64,000 nt of DNA from an uncultured Smithella sp. (GCA_964547345.1 CAZJMX010000007.1:35791-99790), one strand, 5' to 3'; counted from the first letter of the stretch, positions 17,666 to 28,712 are shown. Program-made: numbers and translations. Notes: generated by a model not told the origin, from the sequence alone.

Positions 17666-20600
17666 TCAGTCGCTCAATGCTTCTCTGATCTTTTGTGCCA
17701 GATCATGCAGCCGGTAAGGTTTTTGGAGGAAAACGCGGACGCCTTTTTTCATAATGGCCTGCGCTTTGCCGTCAATGCTGTAACCGCTCGACAGGATCAC
17801 CCGGACAGACGGGTTTACGGCCTTGAGCTGATCAAATGTCTCGCCGCCGCTCATGCCCGGCATGATCATATCGAGGATGACCAGCTGAATATCGGAATGA
17901 CTTTGACGGTAGATTGCCAGTGCCTTCTCGCCGCTTTTAGCGGTGAGGATCGTATAGCCCAGTTCACTAAGCAGCCTGCTTGTCACTTCAGTGATCACTT
18001 CCTCATCATCCACCAGCAGAATGGTTTCCCGGCCGCCCGCAAGTTCCGTTTCCGGCACATCATCGGAGGCAGCTTTTTTCCCAGAGGCCGGCAGATAAAC
18101 ATGGAAGGTCGTCCCCTGCCCCTTTTCACTGTATACCGTGATCATACCGCCGTGACCTTTAATGATGCCGTAGGCGGAGGCCAGGCCCAACCCCGTTCCC
18201 CGCCCCATTTCCTTGGTGGTGAAGAACGGATCAAAAATCCGCTTTTTGGTGTTTTCATCCATGCCCACACCGGTGTCGGTGACTGACACTTTAATGTAAT
18301 GTCCGGCTTTTAAATCGTAGAGATCCGCCGACGCCTTATCAAAAACGACGTTTTCCGTTTCCAGGTACAAAGAACCGCCGCCCGGCATCGCCTGCCAGGC
18401 GTTGACAAATAAATTCAAGAGCACCTGTTCGATCTGCCCCCGGTCGACTTCCGCACTCTGGACGTTGTCCGCATATTTTTCAAAAATGCGGATTTCTTTC
18501 CGGGTCCGGCCGAAGAGATTGATGGATTTGCTGATCAAATCATTAAGATCCGTCGGTTTGACTTCATAGCGGCCCGAGCGGGCGAAGCCCAGCAATTGTC
18601 TGGTCAGGCCTGCGCCGCTTTGCACCAGCATCTGCACTGCCTTGAGTTGCTCGTAATAGGGATGGGTGGTATCCACCTCCAGAAGCATGATCGATGCATA
18701 GCCCTGGATGCCCATCAACAGGTTATTGAAATCGTGGGCGATGCCGCCGGCCAGTGTGCCGATGGCTTCCATCTTCTGGGCTTGATAGAGTTGTTCCGTC
18801 AGCTTTTTATGTTCTTGCTCCATGTTGATACGGTCGGTCACATCCCTGGAAACACCACGGAATCCGACAGGCTTTCCGTCTGCGTCACGAATGAGGGAGA
18901 CGGACATTTCCAGATGGGTAATACTTCCATCTTTTCTGATGATTTCGTAGTCTGTCATGCGCGCGGGTTTTCCGTCCTGGTAGATCTGACTGAATACAGC
19001 CTTCGCTTTGGCGGCCATTTCCGGCGTTGAAAACCTATCGTGCTTCAGACCGATCATTTCCTCGCGGCTGTGTCCCGACCAACTGAACGACTTGTTGATG
19101 AATGTAATATTGCCTTTCAAATCCGTTTCAAAATAATCGTCGTCGATGTTTTCGATGATCGTCCGGTATCTTTCTTCGCTTTGACGAAGAGCCTCCTCGG
19201 CCCTTTTACGATCTGTAACATCAAGAATGAAGGCTATCGTAGCCGGCCTGCCCTTGTAAATGATGCCGACGGCACTGATGTTGTTGACCACCACCGATCC
19301 GTCCGGTTTCAAAACACGCACATCATAATTCGACGGCGCAGGCTCGCCTCGTCTCCTGGCCTCATAATACGACTTGACCCTTTCCTCGTCGTCGGGGTGC
19401 GTATAAATACCCACCGGCAAACCGATAATCCCGCTTTGTTCCCGGCCGATGGTTTTGAGAAGGTTTTGATTGGCGTAAACATATTTGCCGTCCTGGATGA
19501 TGGTAATGCCGTCATTGGTTTTCTCCACAGCGGTCCGGTAGAGTTCTTCACTTTCGCGCAGGGCTTCTTCGGCGCGTTTTCGTTCGCTGATGTCAGTAAT
19601 AAAACTGATCACCGCCGGTTTACCCTGATAAATGACCTCCGTTGCCGTCACCGCCAGCATCACAATGGAACCATCCGACTTGACACCGCGCGACTCAAAA
19701 TATGAGGAACCTATCTTGTTCTTTTTTCTGATCTCGTATAATTTTCTTCCGAGACCGACGTCTTCCGGATGAGTATAAAGATCCATGGGTTGGCCGACAA
19801 TGGTTTCGTCCGGTCTGCCGAGCGTATTCATAAGCCGCTGGTTGGCGTATAGGTAGGTGCCTGTCCGGATGTCGGTAATGGTGATCCCGTCGTTGGTGCT
19901 TTCCAGCGCCGTCCGATACAGAGCCTCGCTTTCCCGCAGAGTCTCTTCCGCTCGCTTTTTCTCGGTGACGTCGCGGATAAAGCTCAGCACGGCCGGATTG
20001 CCCTGATAAATAATATCCACGGAGACCGAGTTGATGTAAATCATGGACCGATCCGGCCGGATAACGCGCAGGTCGTGGCTTCCCGACGTCGGTTCGCCCC
20101 GGAGTCTTTTGCGATAACTCTCCTGAAGCATTTCCTGATCATCACGGTGCACCAGCGCGCCGATCGGCTTGCCGATCGGATTTTCATGGGGGATGCGCAA
20201 GGTATTTAGAAACTTCTGGTTGATATATGCGTATCGTCCGTCCTGCACAATGGACACGCCGTCGCTGGTGGTTTCCAGCGCCGTCCGATACAGCGCCTCA
20301 CTTTCGCGCAGGGTGTTTTCCGTTTTCTTTTTTTCCGTAATATCCGTAAGGAAGGCCAAAACGGCGGGATTCCCCTGATAGATGATGGACACGGCGGAGA
20401 CATTGACATAGCCGATAGACTGGTCCGGCTTGATAATGCGCAGGTCGTAGTTTAAATGGGGCAGCGCCAATCCCTGTCGCCTGGCTTCATAATTATCGCG
20501 TAGAATTTTCCGGTCATCCGGATGGACGAAAATACCGACGGGTTGACCGACAAGGTTCTCCTCCGGCCTGCCAATGGTGTGCATGAGCCTCTTGTTGACA

Positions 20601-22054
20601 TAGACATATTTCTGATCCTGGATAATGCTGATGCCGTCATTCGTGTTTTCGAGCGCCGTCCGGTAAAGGGCCTCGCTTTCACGCAGACGCTCAGCCTGCC
20701 GTCTATGTTCGGTGATATCATGCACCATCGACCGGGTCATGACAAAGTCGCCCTCAGGGCCGATGACCGCCGAGGCGGTGACCAACACGGGAAAGGTCGA
20801 TCCGTCCTTGCGCAGCATGGTGTATTCCACTTCGCGCACGAAGCCTTCCTGCTTCACCCGGTTAAAAGCGTTGTCGAAATCTTCGCGGCTGATCGGCGTC
20901 AAAACCTCAGAATAAGGTTTGCCTTTCAGTTCTTCCAGAGTATAACCCAGCCACGCAAGTTCCGTGTCGTTCATCCGGACAATATTGCCGCTTACGTCCA
21001 GTGAATGATACCCGCAGGGGGCATGATGATAAAGATCATGAACCTCCCGCGCGGATTTCAACAGATCCGCCTCCATGTTGCGCCTTTTTTCCTCTACAGC
21101 CGCCGCGCTGCGAACCCTGGCGACGGAATAAGCAACGGCGGCAAAGGACAATAGGAGGATCAGCAGGATAATCGCGAGCTGATTGCGGAAGCTTTTCATC
21201 GGCGCCAGCACGGTGTCTTCCGGCGTGGCCACAACAACCGACCAGAAGGTATTCCCGATTTTTATCGGCAGATAAACCGCATGCTTTTTTAGAATCTGAG
21301 CCGCTTCGCCTTCCTTTTTATGCTCAAACGTATACGTGGTGGCCCCTGTTTTGCCCTTCATCATGTCGCGGGCCATCTCCAGGATATCGGGAAAATCCTT
21401 GCAGGTATCGAAAACGGATCGCCCGACATGACCGGGAATGGGACAGAAAATTTCAATCCCTTTTTCGCTGATCATCCAGGCATATCCGGACCCTTCGATT
21501 TGAATATCCTGTAGATATTTTTTAGACAGAGCATCAAAGGAAATGAGGAAAGCGACTGTGCCGTCAAAAACCTTGTCCCGATAAACCGGGGCATGCATGG
21601 CAATAGCCTTAAAACCCTGCTTAGCCAGAAAGATTTCACTGATCACCGGTTTGCGCGTGCGCAGAATTTCCCGGACGTGCTCTTGACCGGAAATATCGGC
21701 GCCGATCGTACCGGGAACTTCCGGAGAGGAAAAAAGGATAACACCTTTGGCGTTGACCCGAGTCACAGCTTCAATGTTGTTGGTCGGTATCTCCTGAATA
21801 GACTTCATCAGGGCTTTGCCTTGCGGATTCAGGCGGATGATATGATCATTTTGGGCAATATAATAAAGCGTTTCTCTTTGATGCTCAAAGTAGGTTTCTA
21901 TGGCAGTTGCCGCAAGCCGGGCATAAACCACCTGGCGGTTATTGAGCTCCGCGATGGTTTTTTTCCTGACCTCATTATAAATAGATATGAAAAAAGCGAC
22001 AAAAACGATAACACCCGTAAGCAGGAAAACGAGCTGTTTTTTGTAAGACAGCAT
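17666..22054 (-). CDS. Hybrid sensor histidine kinase: TM - Cache-like periplasmic domain - TM - six PAS modules - HisKA - HATPase_c - REC
   Basis: Start taken at ATG 22054 ([12 protein letters not shown]...), which has GGAAAGGA upstream. H-box [12 protein letters not shown]2 GTGLGLA, and receiver ILLVDDEE ... [11 protein letters not shown] ... LQKP. Confidence 0.9.
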   Translation of the reverse strand: MLSYKKQLVFLLTGVIVFVAFFISIYNEVRKKTIAELNNRQVVYARLAATAIETYFEHQRETLYYIAQNDHIIRLNPQGKALMKSIQEIPTNNIEAVTRVNAKGVILFSSPEVPGTIGADISGQEHVREILRTRKPVISEIFLAKQGFKAIAMHAPVYRDKVFDGTVAFLISFDALSKKYLQDIQIEGSGYAWMISEKGIEIFCPIPGHVGRSVFDTCKDFPDILEMARDMMKGKTGATTYTFEHKKEGEAAQILKKHAVYLPIKIGNTFWSVVVATPEDTVLAPMKSFRNQLAIILLILLLSFAAVAYSVARVRSAAAVEEKRRNMEADLLKSAREVHDLYHHAPCGYHSLDVSGNIVRMNDTELAWLGYTLEELKGKPYSEVLTPISREDFDNAFNRVKQEGFVREVEYTMLRKDGSTFPVLVTASAVIGPEGDFVMTRSMVHDITEHRRQAERLRESEALYRTALENTNDGISIIQDQKYVYVNKRLMHTIGRPEENLVGQPVGIFVHPDDRKILRDNYEARRQGLALPHLNYDLRIIKPDQSIGYVNVSAVSIIYQGNPAVLAFLTDITEKKKTENTLRESEALYRTALETTSDGVSIVQDGRYAYINQKFLNTLRIPHENPIGKPIGALVHRDDQEMLQESYRKRLRGEPTSGSHDLRVIRPDRSMIYINSVSVDIIYQGNPAVLSFIRDVTEKKRAEETLRESEALYRTALESTNDGITITDIRTGTYLYANQRLMNTLGRPDETIVGQPMDLYTHPEDVGLGRKLYEIRKKNKIGSSYFESRGVKSDGSIVMLAVTATEVIYQGKPAVISFITDISERKRAEEALRESEELYRTAVEKTNDGITIIQDGKYVYANQNLLKTIGREQSGIIGLPVGIYTHPDDEERVKSYYEARRRGEPAPSNYDVRVLKPDGSVVVNNISAVGIIYKGRPATIAFILDVTDRKRAEEALRQSEERYRTIIENIDDDYFETDLKGNITFINKSFSWSGHSREEMIGLKHDRFSTPEMAAKAKAVFSQIYQDGKPARMTDYEIIRKDGSITHLEMSVSLIRDADGKPVGFRGVSRDVTDRINMEQEHKKLTEQLYQAQKMEAIGTLAGGIAHDFNNLLMGIQGYASIMLLEVDTTHPYYEQLKAVQMLVQSGAGLTRQLLGFARSGRYEVKPTDLNDLISKSINLFGRTRKEIRIFEKYADNVQSAEVDRGQIEQVLLNLFVNAWQAMPGGGSLYLETENVVFDKASADLYDLKAGHYIKVSVTDTGVGMDENTKKRIFDPFFTTKEMGRGTGLGLASAYGIIKGHGGMITVYSEKGQGTTFHVYLPASGKKAASDDVPETELAGGRETILLVDDEEVITEVTSRLLSELGYTILTAKSGEKALAIYRQSHSDIQLVILDMIMPGMSGGETFDQLKAVNPSVRVILSSGYSIDGKAQAIMKKGVRVFLQKPYRLHDLAQKIREALSD
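18827..20686 (-). repeat. Five tandem ~125-codon PAS-module repeats inside the hybrid kinase gene
   Basis: LRESE(A/E)LYRTA(L/V)E.TNDGI recurs at residues 485, 610, 734 and 860, with a diverged [13 protein letters not shown] at 984 (numbered from the 22138 ORF start). The plus-strand DNA shows corresponding repeated segments such as CCAGCGCCGTCCGATACAG.GCCTC.CTTTC.CGCAG. Confidence 0.85.
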
Positions 22055-22151
22055 ACAGGTTCCTTTCCAGTTAACAAACAACAGGATATTCGCGTCTAAT
22101 TGACTGCCACTATAGTCAAGTTTATCCGGACAAGTCAATGAAATATTGGCG

Positions 22152-22181
22152 GGATAAACCCAACCGGACGTCCGGATAAAC
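22152..22181. promoter_or_regulatory. Candidate operator: GGATAAAC direct repeat flanking the palindrome CCGGACGTCCGG in the divergent kinase/KS intergenic region
   Basis: GGATAAAC at 22152..22159 and 22174..22181; a perfect 12-bp palindrome at 22164..22175. It lies between the kinase start (22054) and the KS start (22269). Confidence 0.3.
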
Positions 22182-22268
22182 TTTAATATTTATTTGACTT
22201 TTTTGTGTCTTAATTCTAAGTTCGGCAAATTTTGAAAAACCCTTGAAAGAATAAGTCTGAAAAGATTG

Positions 22269-23519
22269 ATGAAAAATAAGAAACGCATTGTAATCACAGG
22301 ATTAGGAACAAAAAACGCTATCGGCGGCACGGTGTCGCAATTTGCCGAAAACTTGCGCGCAGGCCGATGCGGTATTGAAGCCATTGATCTGTTCGATTCG
22401 ACCGAATTCCGGACACATAAAGGCGGCCAGGTGAAGTACTTTAATCCGCGGGAATCCATTCCACCTGAGTTTTCACTAAAAAGGATGTCCCGGGCCGATC
22501 AACTGGCGTTTGCCGCGGCGCTTGACGCGCTTGCCGACGCCGGCCTGTATCCACTGCCGGAAATTCTGAAGGAAGACATGGGCGTGGCGGTGGGCGGCGG
22601 CTCCGGCGGACTTTTGGAAGCGGAGAGCTTCTATTCGGAGTTAATCAAGAAAGGCTTGCACCACTCCAGGTTTTCCCGTCTATCCACCATTTATTGCGCA
22701 TCGTCGGCCGACCGGATCGCCTCGAATCTGGGACTTTACGGCCCGAAAACAACGTTCATGACGGCCTGCTCGGCCGGGGCCACCGCGCTGGGTTACGCCA
22801 GAGATTTGATTTTAAACGGCCAGGCTAAAATGATGCTCGCCGGCGGCGTGGAACCGATGTGCCGGATTACTTACGCCGCGTTTAACGCGCTGAAATCCGT
22901 CGATGAGGACGTTTGCCGCCCGTTTGCCAAAAACCGCGCCGGACTGTCGCTGGGTGAAGCATCCGCCATCGTGGTGATGGAGACCCTGGAATCGGCCCTG
23001 GCGCGGGGAGCCAAAATATATGGAGAATTTCTGGGATACGGCGTCACCTGTGATTCCTTTCACATGACCGCGCCCGATGAGAAAGCCTCCGGCGCGATGC
23101 GCTCCATGCAGGCGGCGCTCAAAGACAGTGGTCTTACCATTAACGACATTGACTACATCAACGCGCACGGCACCGCCACCCCGGTCAACGACGTGACGGA
23201 AACCAAAGCGATCCGGGACGTTTTCGGAAAGCGGGCCTATTCCATTCCGGTCAGCTCCACCAAATCGATGCACGCACACACATTGGGCGCGGCAGGCGCG
23301 CTCGAAGGAATTGTTTGCCTGCTGGCTCTGACGCATGGATTTGTTCCGCCGACCATTCATTCCGATGAGCGCGATCCGGAGTGCGATCTGGACTATGTCA
23401 CCGACGGCGCCAGAGAGGCTGATCTGCGCGTAACGCTGTCCAATTCCTTCGCGTTCGGCGGCAACAACACCACAGTCATTTTCGGCAAATATGAAGGGCG
23501 AGGCGCGGTTCATGGATAA
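22269..23519 (+). CDS. Beta-ketoacyl-ACP synthase (KS-alpha/ApeO-like, catalytically competent)
   Basis: Cys in MTACSAGATALG; His residues in NAHGTATPVND and KSMHAHTLGAAG. ATG at 22269, one codon after the TTG used by the ORF track. Confidence 0.9.
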   Translation: MKNKKRIVITGLGTKNAIGGTVSQFAENLRAGRCGIEAIDLFDSTEFRTHKGGQVKYFNPRESIPPEFSLKRMSRADQLAFAAALDALADAGLYPLPEILKEDMGVAVGGGSGGLLEAESFYSELIKKGLHHSRFSRLSTIYCASSADRIASNLGLYGPKTTFMTACSAGATALGYARDLILNGQAKMMLAGGVEPMCRITYAAFNALKSVDEDVCRPFAKNRAGLSLGEASAIVVMETLESALARGAKIYGEFLGYGVTCDSFHMTAPDEKASGAMRSMQAALKDSGLTINDIDYINAHGTATPVNDVTETKAIRDVFGKRAYSIPVSSTKSMHAHTLGAAGALEGIVCLLALTHGFVPPTIHSDERDPECDLDYVTDGAREADLRVTLSNSFAFGGNNTTVIFGKYEGRGAVHG

Positions 23520-24753
23520 TGATCAGAATCTACCCGATGATCAACGCATCGTCATCACCGGCCTGGGACTGGTAACGCCCCTGGGTGTCGGAAAGAATGA
23601 ATTTTCCGAAAAACTTTTTGCGGGCGCAAGCGGGATCGATACCGTGCAGGCATTCGACGTAAGCACGCTGACGTCGAATCTGGGCGCCGAGGTGAAAGGA
23701 TTTATGCCGCGTGATTTCATTTCCGTCAAAAATCTGCGGCGCATGGACAAAACATCTCTGATGACGACGGCCTCGGCCAAGCTGGCGCTGGAAGACGCGG
23801 GCATTACCATCGATGAGGAAAACCGCGACCGCATCGGCATCCTGCTGGGCACAGCCTTCGGAGCAACGGACATCACCGCGCAATTTGCCCAGACGTTGCT
23901 CTCCTGCGGCCCCTCTTCGGTCAATCCGATTCTCGTCCCCAACACCGTCATGAACGCGCCGGCGGGACACGCCTCCATCGAACTGGGATTTCGCGGCGTC
24001 AACACCACCGTAACGCATTTTGCCGTCTCGGCGGAAACCGCCGTCGCCTATAGCGTCTCCGAAATCCGGCGTGGCGCGGCGGATGTCATGCTGACCGGCG
24101 GCGTGGATATTTTATCGAAATTCTATTATGAATCCCTGACAAAGTTTCGCGGCCTGTCACCCGGTGACGGAAAACCCGAAGGCGCCAGACCTTTTGACGT
24201 GGAAAGAAACGGCTATGTCGCAGGCGAAGGCTGCGGCCTGCTCTGTCTGGAGAGCCTGGCGTCGGCTCATGCACGCGGCGCCCGGATTTACTGCGAAATT
24301 GCAGGCTTCGGCCTTGGATCGTCGCCCGCCACACCCACCGGCTGGTCTGCGGATCCCCGGGGTATTGTGCGGACGCTCGAACGGGCGCTCGCCCATGCAA
24401 ACAAAACGCCGGCTGACATCTCGGCGGTCATGGCGGCGGCCAACGGCGGCCGGATACTGGATCAGACGGAAGCCGCAGCTTACGGCGAGGTGTTTGCCCC
24501 GTGTGGACAAAAGCCTTGGATCACGTCCATCAAGGGGGCGATTGGCGAGAGTTTTTCCGGCGGCGGCATACGGGCCTGCGCGCTGGCGATGGCAATGGAA
24601 AAAGGATGCCTGCCGCCGACGGCGGGATTGGCCCTGCCGCTTGCGCCGATGAATTTTGTAACGAAAACAAAAAAGGACATGGACATTCAATACGCGGTTC
24701 TGGCCGGAATATCCTTCGGCGGAACTTACGCATACCTCATTTTTCAAAAATGA
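23512..24753 (+). CDS. Ketosynthase-like protein lacking the Cys-His-His triad (chain-length-factor/ApeC-like partner)
   Basis: Thiolase-fold sequence. Hand alignment to the upstream KS puts Ala at the Cys position (THFAVSAETA), Ala at the first His (MAAANGGRILD) and Glu at the second His (KGAIGESFSGGG). It overlaps the upstream stop by 8 nt. An alternative start is 23491. Confidence 0.8.
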   Translation: MDNDQNLPDDQRIVITGLGLVTPLGVGKNEFSEKLFAGASGIDTVQAFDVSTLTSNLGAEVKGFMPRDFISVKNLRRMDKTSLMTTASAKLALEDAGITIDEENRDRIGILLGTAFGATDITAQFAQTLLSCGPSSVNPILVPNTVMNAPAGHASIELGFRGVNTTVTHFAVSAETAVAYSVSEIRRGAADVMLTGGVDILSKFYYESLTKFRGLSPGDGKPEGARPFDVERNGYVAGEGCGLLCLESLASAHARGARIYCEIAGFGLGSSPATPTGWSADPRGIVRTLERALAHANKTPADISAVMAAANGGRILDQTEAAAYGEVFAPCGQKPWITSIKGAIGESFSGGGIRACALAMAMEKGCLPPTAGLALPLAPMNFVTKTKKDMDIQYAVLAGISFGGTYAYLIFQK

Positions 24754-24775
24754 GAATCGGTAGCGAGGTTTTAAT

Positions 24776-26299
24776 TTGAATATCGGAGAATGGATCAGCA
24801 AACGGGCGATTGTCGCGCCTGAAAAACCGTTTCTGACGGATAAAAGCAAAACCTACAACAACCGGCAATTCAACCGGCGGGTGAATCAGACGGCGCACGC
24901 CCTGGGGCGTCTGGGTGTCAACAAAGGCATGCGCGTCGCGCTTCTGATGTCGAATTGCAGCGAATTTCTGGAAATTTTTTTCGCCTGCGCCAAAACCGGC
25001 ATCATTATGGTGCCGCTCAATTTCCGCCTGGCCGTGCCGGAGCTTCTCTATATCCTCCGTGACAGTGAACCGGAAATCCTGATTTATTCGTCTGAGTTTG
25101 CCGCCAAGGTAGGCGAGATCCGGGCAGCGGGTGTTGAGATCCGTAAAATCTATCGCCAGGGGGGGCGGGCGGATGCAACCGATCCATTGCTTGCGGACTA
25201 TGTGGAGGGGTTTGAGATCAGCGAACCGCTGGAAATCCTGGGCGTCGATCTTTGCGATCCCCTGTTCATCATGTACACCTCCGGCACAACCGGCGATCCC
25301 AAGGGCGCCGTCCTGACCCATCAGAATATTTTATTCGGCGCGATTCATTCACTTCTGGGTTACGGCATCGACCGGTCTTACAAATCGCTGGTCATCTCAC
25401 CGCTGTTTCATATGGGCGCGCTGGCAGCCTCGGTGACGCCGATTGTATACGCGGGCGGAAGCCTGATCGTCAGCAGCTTTTACAATGCCGCGGAAACGAT
25501 CAAGACCATCTGTACGGAGAAAATCAATTACATGTTTGCCGTACCGGTGATGTATCAGATGATGACGGACGCGCCGGAATGGAAGGACGCGGATTTGTCG
25601 CATGTGCATTTTTTTATTTCGGGCGGCGCGCCGATCCCCCTTCCGATCATCCGGAAATATCAGGACGAAAAAGGTGTGGGCTTTGTTCAGGGCTACGCGC
25701 TCACGGAAACCGGACGGCTGACGTCGCTGGATCTGGAAGATTCGATCCGCAAAGCCGGTTCCGTCGGCAAGGAAGTCTTTCACGTCAACCTGCGCATTCT
25801 GGATGAACACGGCCTGGACGCGAGCCCCCTGGAGCCCGGAGAAATTCTCGTACAGGGTCCGAACGTCTTTGCCGGCTACTGGAACAAGGAAGAGGCGACC
25901 CAAACCGTCTTCAATAGCGGCTGGTTTCACACAGGCGATATGGGACGGCGCGACGCGGATGGATTTATCTACATCGTCGGGCGAAAGGTGGAAATGATCA
26001 TCTCGTCGGGTGAAAATATTTATCCTGCCGAAGTGGAGCGGGCGATACAGGCGCTTCCCGGCATTCAAGAAGCCGCCGTCGTGGGCATGCCCGACGCCAA
26101 GCGCGGTGAAGTGGTGGCCGCATTTGTCATGGCGCAGAAAAATGCCAAGATCTCGGAGGCCGATGTTATCAACGTCCTTTCCGGAAAAATCGCGCACTAT
26201 AAAATTCCCAAACGAATTATTTTTGTCGATGAGTTTCCGCGCAATGCCGGCGGAAAAGTGTTAAAAAGAATTTTGAAAAAGCGCGCGGAAGAGATGTGA
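24776..26299 (+). CDS. Acyl/aryl-CoA ligase (4-coumarate-CoA ligase-like adenylate-forming enzyme)
   Basis: TTG start. Motifs YTSGTTGDPKG, QGYALTET, GEILVQGPNVFAGYWN, HTGDMG, GRKVEMIISSGENIYP and GGKVLK. Confidence 0.85.
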   Translation: MNIGEWISKRAIVAPEKPFLTDKSKTYNNRQFNRRVNQTAHALGRLGVNKGMRVALLMSNCSEFLEIFFACAKTGIIMVPLNFRLAVPELLYILRDSEPEILIYSSEFAAKVGEIRAAGVEIRKIYRQGGRADATDPLLADYVEGFEISEPLEILGVDLCDPLFIMYTSGTTGDPKGAVLTHQNILFGAIHSLLGYGIDRSYKSLVISPLFHMGALAASVTPIVYAGGSLIVSSFYNAAETIKTICTEKINYMFAVPVMYQMMTDAPEWKDADLSHVHFFISGGAPIPLPIIRKYQDEKGVGFVQGYALTETGRLTSLDLEDSIRKAGSVGKEVFHVNLRILDEHGLDASPLEPGEILVQGPNVFAGYWNKEEATQTVFNSGWFHTGDMGRRDADGFIYIVGRKVEMIISSGENIYPAEVERAIQALPGIQEAAVVGMPDAKRGEVVAAFVMAQKNAKISEADVINVLSGKIAHYKIPKRIIFVDEFPRNAGGKVLKRILKKRAEEM

Positions 26300-27444
26300 G
26301 CATGGAGATGGTTCCTTACAGCGACGAGCACCGCATTTTCCGCCGGTCTTTCCGGAAGTTTCTGGAAAGAGAAATTATCCCGCACGTGGATCAGTGGGAG
26401 GAAGACGGCATGGTCCCGCGCTGGGCCTGGAAGAAACTTGGCGATGAGGGATTTTTGTGCACGTCGGCGCCGCCCGAATACGGCGGACAGGGCGCGGATT
26501 TTCTGTATAGCGCGATCCTGATCGAAGAAATGGCCAAGGCGAACTTTTACGGGCTTTCCGCGCGTCTGCACAGCGACGTGGTCGTGCCCTATATTGTCCA
26601 GCTTGCAACAGAAGAACAAAAGAAAAAATATCTGCCCGGCTGCATCAGCGGCGATATCCTGACGGCGATTGCCATGAGCGAACCCCAGGCCGGAAGCGAT
26701 CTGGCGGGCATTCTGACCACCGCCACGGAGGATGGCGACGCGTTTGTGCTCAATGGACAGAAGACCTTCATCTCCAACGGGATCCATTGCGATCTGGTCA
26801 TTGTGGCGGCAAAGGATTCGCGGGAAATAAATCCCCATACCGCCGTGGATTTATTTTTAGTGGAAGCAGGAACGCCCGGTTTTGAGAAGGGTAAAAAACT
26901 CAACAAAATCGGTTGGCGCTCTCAGGACACGGCTGAGCTCTTTTTTACAGACTGCCGGATTCCGAAAAAAAACCGCCTGGGGCCCAAGGGCACGGGTTTC
27001 AAAAACCTGATGACGAATCTTCAGCAGGAGCGCCTCATCTGTACGATTGGCGCGCAGACGGCGGCGGAATTCATCCTCGACGAAACAATTCGCTATTGCA
27101 AACAGCGGCAAGTGTTTGGTAAGTCACTGGCGGGTTTTCAAAATACGCAGTTTGTGGTGGCCGAAATGGCGTCGGAAGTAAAAATCGGCCGAACGTTTGT
27201 GGATCAATTGATTGTAGAACACTGGCAAAAGCATTCGGTCGCCACGGATGTTTCCATGGCGAAGTTTTGGGTGACGGAAATGGCCTGGCGCGTGGCCGAC
27301 CGTGCGCTGCAGCTTTTCGGCGGCTACGGCTATTGTGAGGAGTATCCGATCGCACGCGCCTGGCGTGACATCCGGATTACACGCATACTGGCCGGGTCCA
27401 ATGAAATCATGAAACAGATCATTGCCAAAGCCGTTCTGAAATAG
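26296..27444 (+). CDS. Acyl-CoA dehydrogenase
   Basis: AMSEPQAGSD motif. The C-terminal RILAGSNEIM lacks the MCAD-type Glu, whereas LQQERL has a Glu at the IVD/LCAD-type catalytic position (hand alignment). The start is GTG 26296 or ATG 26302. Confidence 0.85.
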   Translation: MSMEMVPYSDEHRIFRRSFRKFLEREIIPHVDQWEEDGMVPRWAWKKLGDEGFLCTSAPPEYGGQGADFLYSAILIEEMAKANFYGLSARLHSDVVVPYIVQLATEEQKKKYLPGCISGDILTAIAMSEPQAGSDLAGILTTATEDGDAFVLNGQKTFISNGIHCDLVIVAAKDSREINPHTAVDLFLVEAGTPGFEKGKKLNKIGWRSQDTAELFFTDCRIPKKNRLGPKGTGFKNLMTNLQQERLICTIGAQTAAEFILDETIRYCKQRQVFGKSLAGFQNTQFVVAEMASEVKIGRTFVDQLIVEHWQKHSVATDVSMAKFWVTEMAWRVADRALQLFGGYGYCEEYPIARAWRDIRITRILAGSNEIMKQIIAKAVLK

Positions 27445-27466
27445 AAGAAACGGGGAAAGAGGAATT

Positions 27467-28696
27467 ATGAAATTTTTGCTGATTTATCCCAAATGGGAAA
27501 AACTCGACCGTCAGACGCGATTCACCTTGCCGCCGCACGGGCCGGTGGTGATGGCTGCCGCCCTGCCTTCTGATGTGGAGGTGACGTTCATCGATGAAAA
27601 TGTCGAACCGATTGACTTTGACGCATCTGTTGATTTTGTCGGTGTCTCGATGATGCTGACCGCACAGGTCAGACGGGGCTGGGAGATCGCCGATGTGTTT
27701 CGCGCCCGGGGTGTCAAGGTCATGTGCGGCGGAATTGCCACCATGCTGCACGCCGAGGAAAGCGGAGAACATGCAGACGCGGTATTTCTGGGTGAAGCCG
27801 AAGGCCGGATGGAACAGGTCTTTGCCGATTTCAAATCGGGCCATCTGCAAAAAGTATACAACTACATGCAGAATTTCCCGCCGATTGAAAGCGTAGGACC
27901 GGCACGGCGCAGCATTTTAAAGCGCGAGATGTATAACTATCGCGGCGTGCAGATGGTCGATCTGGTGCATGCCTCCCGCGGCTGCCGCTTCAACTGCTAT
28001 CCGTGCGCTGTGAGATTCCTGGGCGGCCGGAGCTTCCGTCCGCGTCCCTATGACAAGGTGATCGAAGAATTGGCAGGCATTGAAAATAACCGCCTGTTCA
28101 TGGTGGACAATTCGCTTGCGCAGGATAAGGACTGGGAAATGGGATTGTTCAAAGAGATGATTCCGCTCAAAAAGAAATGGTGCTCTCACCCGATTGAAGA
28201 CGATGATCAGGTGCTGGATCTGGCGGCGCAGGCGGGCGCCTGGTTTGTCTATCAGGCTATCTTTGATTCGTCCGACTTCATCCGCGACCGCGTGAAGCGC
28301 TATCACGATCACGGCATCAAGGTGGAAGGCAGTATTCTGCTGGGGCTGGATTATCACACGGAAGATTATATCAAACGGTGGATGGATTTCCTTTTGGAGA
28401 TCGAGCTGGATATGGCGGAATTCACCATTCTGACGCCTTTCCGGCACACGCGCACCTTTGACGATCTGCATAACGCGGGGCGAATTTTTTCCTATGACTG
28501 GAACGACTACACCTGCGGCAAAGTCGTCTTTCAACCGAAGATGATGTCGCCTGCAAAACTCCAGGAAATGTATTCCTACTGCTGGGATCGATTCTACGAG
28601 GAAGAGCCGCAGAACTATAAAATGTTCAAGATGCTTAAAAATGTCATGGAGAAGGAAAAGGCGGACGGTACGTTCAAAGAACGCGTGCGCCGCTGA
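27467..28696 (+). CDS. B12-binding-domain radical SAM enzyme (class B-like)
   Basis: N-terminal Rossmann-like B12-binding-domain pattern (KFLLIYP...VGVSMM...GVKVMCGG), then the radical SAM cluster motif GCRFNCYPC. Confidence 0.8.
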   Translation: MKFLLIYPKWEKLDRQTRFTLPPHGPVVMAAALPSDVEVTFIDENVEPIDFDASVDFVGVSMMLTAQVRRGWEIADVFRARGVKVMCGGIATMLHAEESGEHADAVFLGEAEGRMEQVFADFKSGHLQKVYNYMQNFPPIESVGPARRSILKREMYNYRGVQMVDLVHASRGCRFNCYPCAVRFLGGRSFRPRPYDKVIEELAGIENNRLFMVDNSLAQDKDWEMGLFKEMIPLKKKWCSHPIEDDDQVLDLAAQAGAWFVYQAIFDSSDFIRDRVKRYHDHGIKVEGSILLGLDYHTEDYIKRWMDFLLEIELDMAEFTILTPFRHTRTFDDLHNAGRIFSYDWNDYTCGKVVFQPKMMSPAKLQEMYSYCWDRFYEEEPQNYKMFKMLKNVMEKEKADGTFKERVRR

Positions 28697-28712
28697 AAGG
28701 AGCAATACCACG

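Noticed and set aside
18827-20686. Regular ~375-bp periodic repeats that might be mistaken for an array-type element
   Set aside because: The repeats are in frame and encode PAS domains of one continuous kinase ORF. The period and lack of spacers are incompatible with CRISPR.
22055-22138. N-terminal extensions offered by the ORF track (here, and at 44555..44734, 53448..53549, 28641..28712, 32364..32405, 30221..30262, 7734..7835, 11611..11694, 51230..51265)
   Set aside because: In each case an internal ATG has a good RBS and/or abuts the upstream stop codon. The extension has no protein-like character or overlaps the preceding gene.
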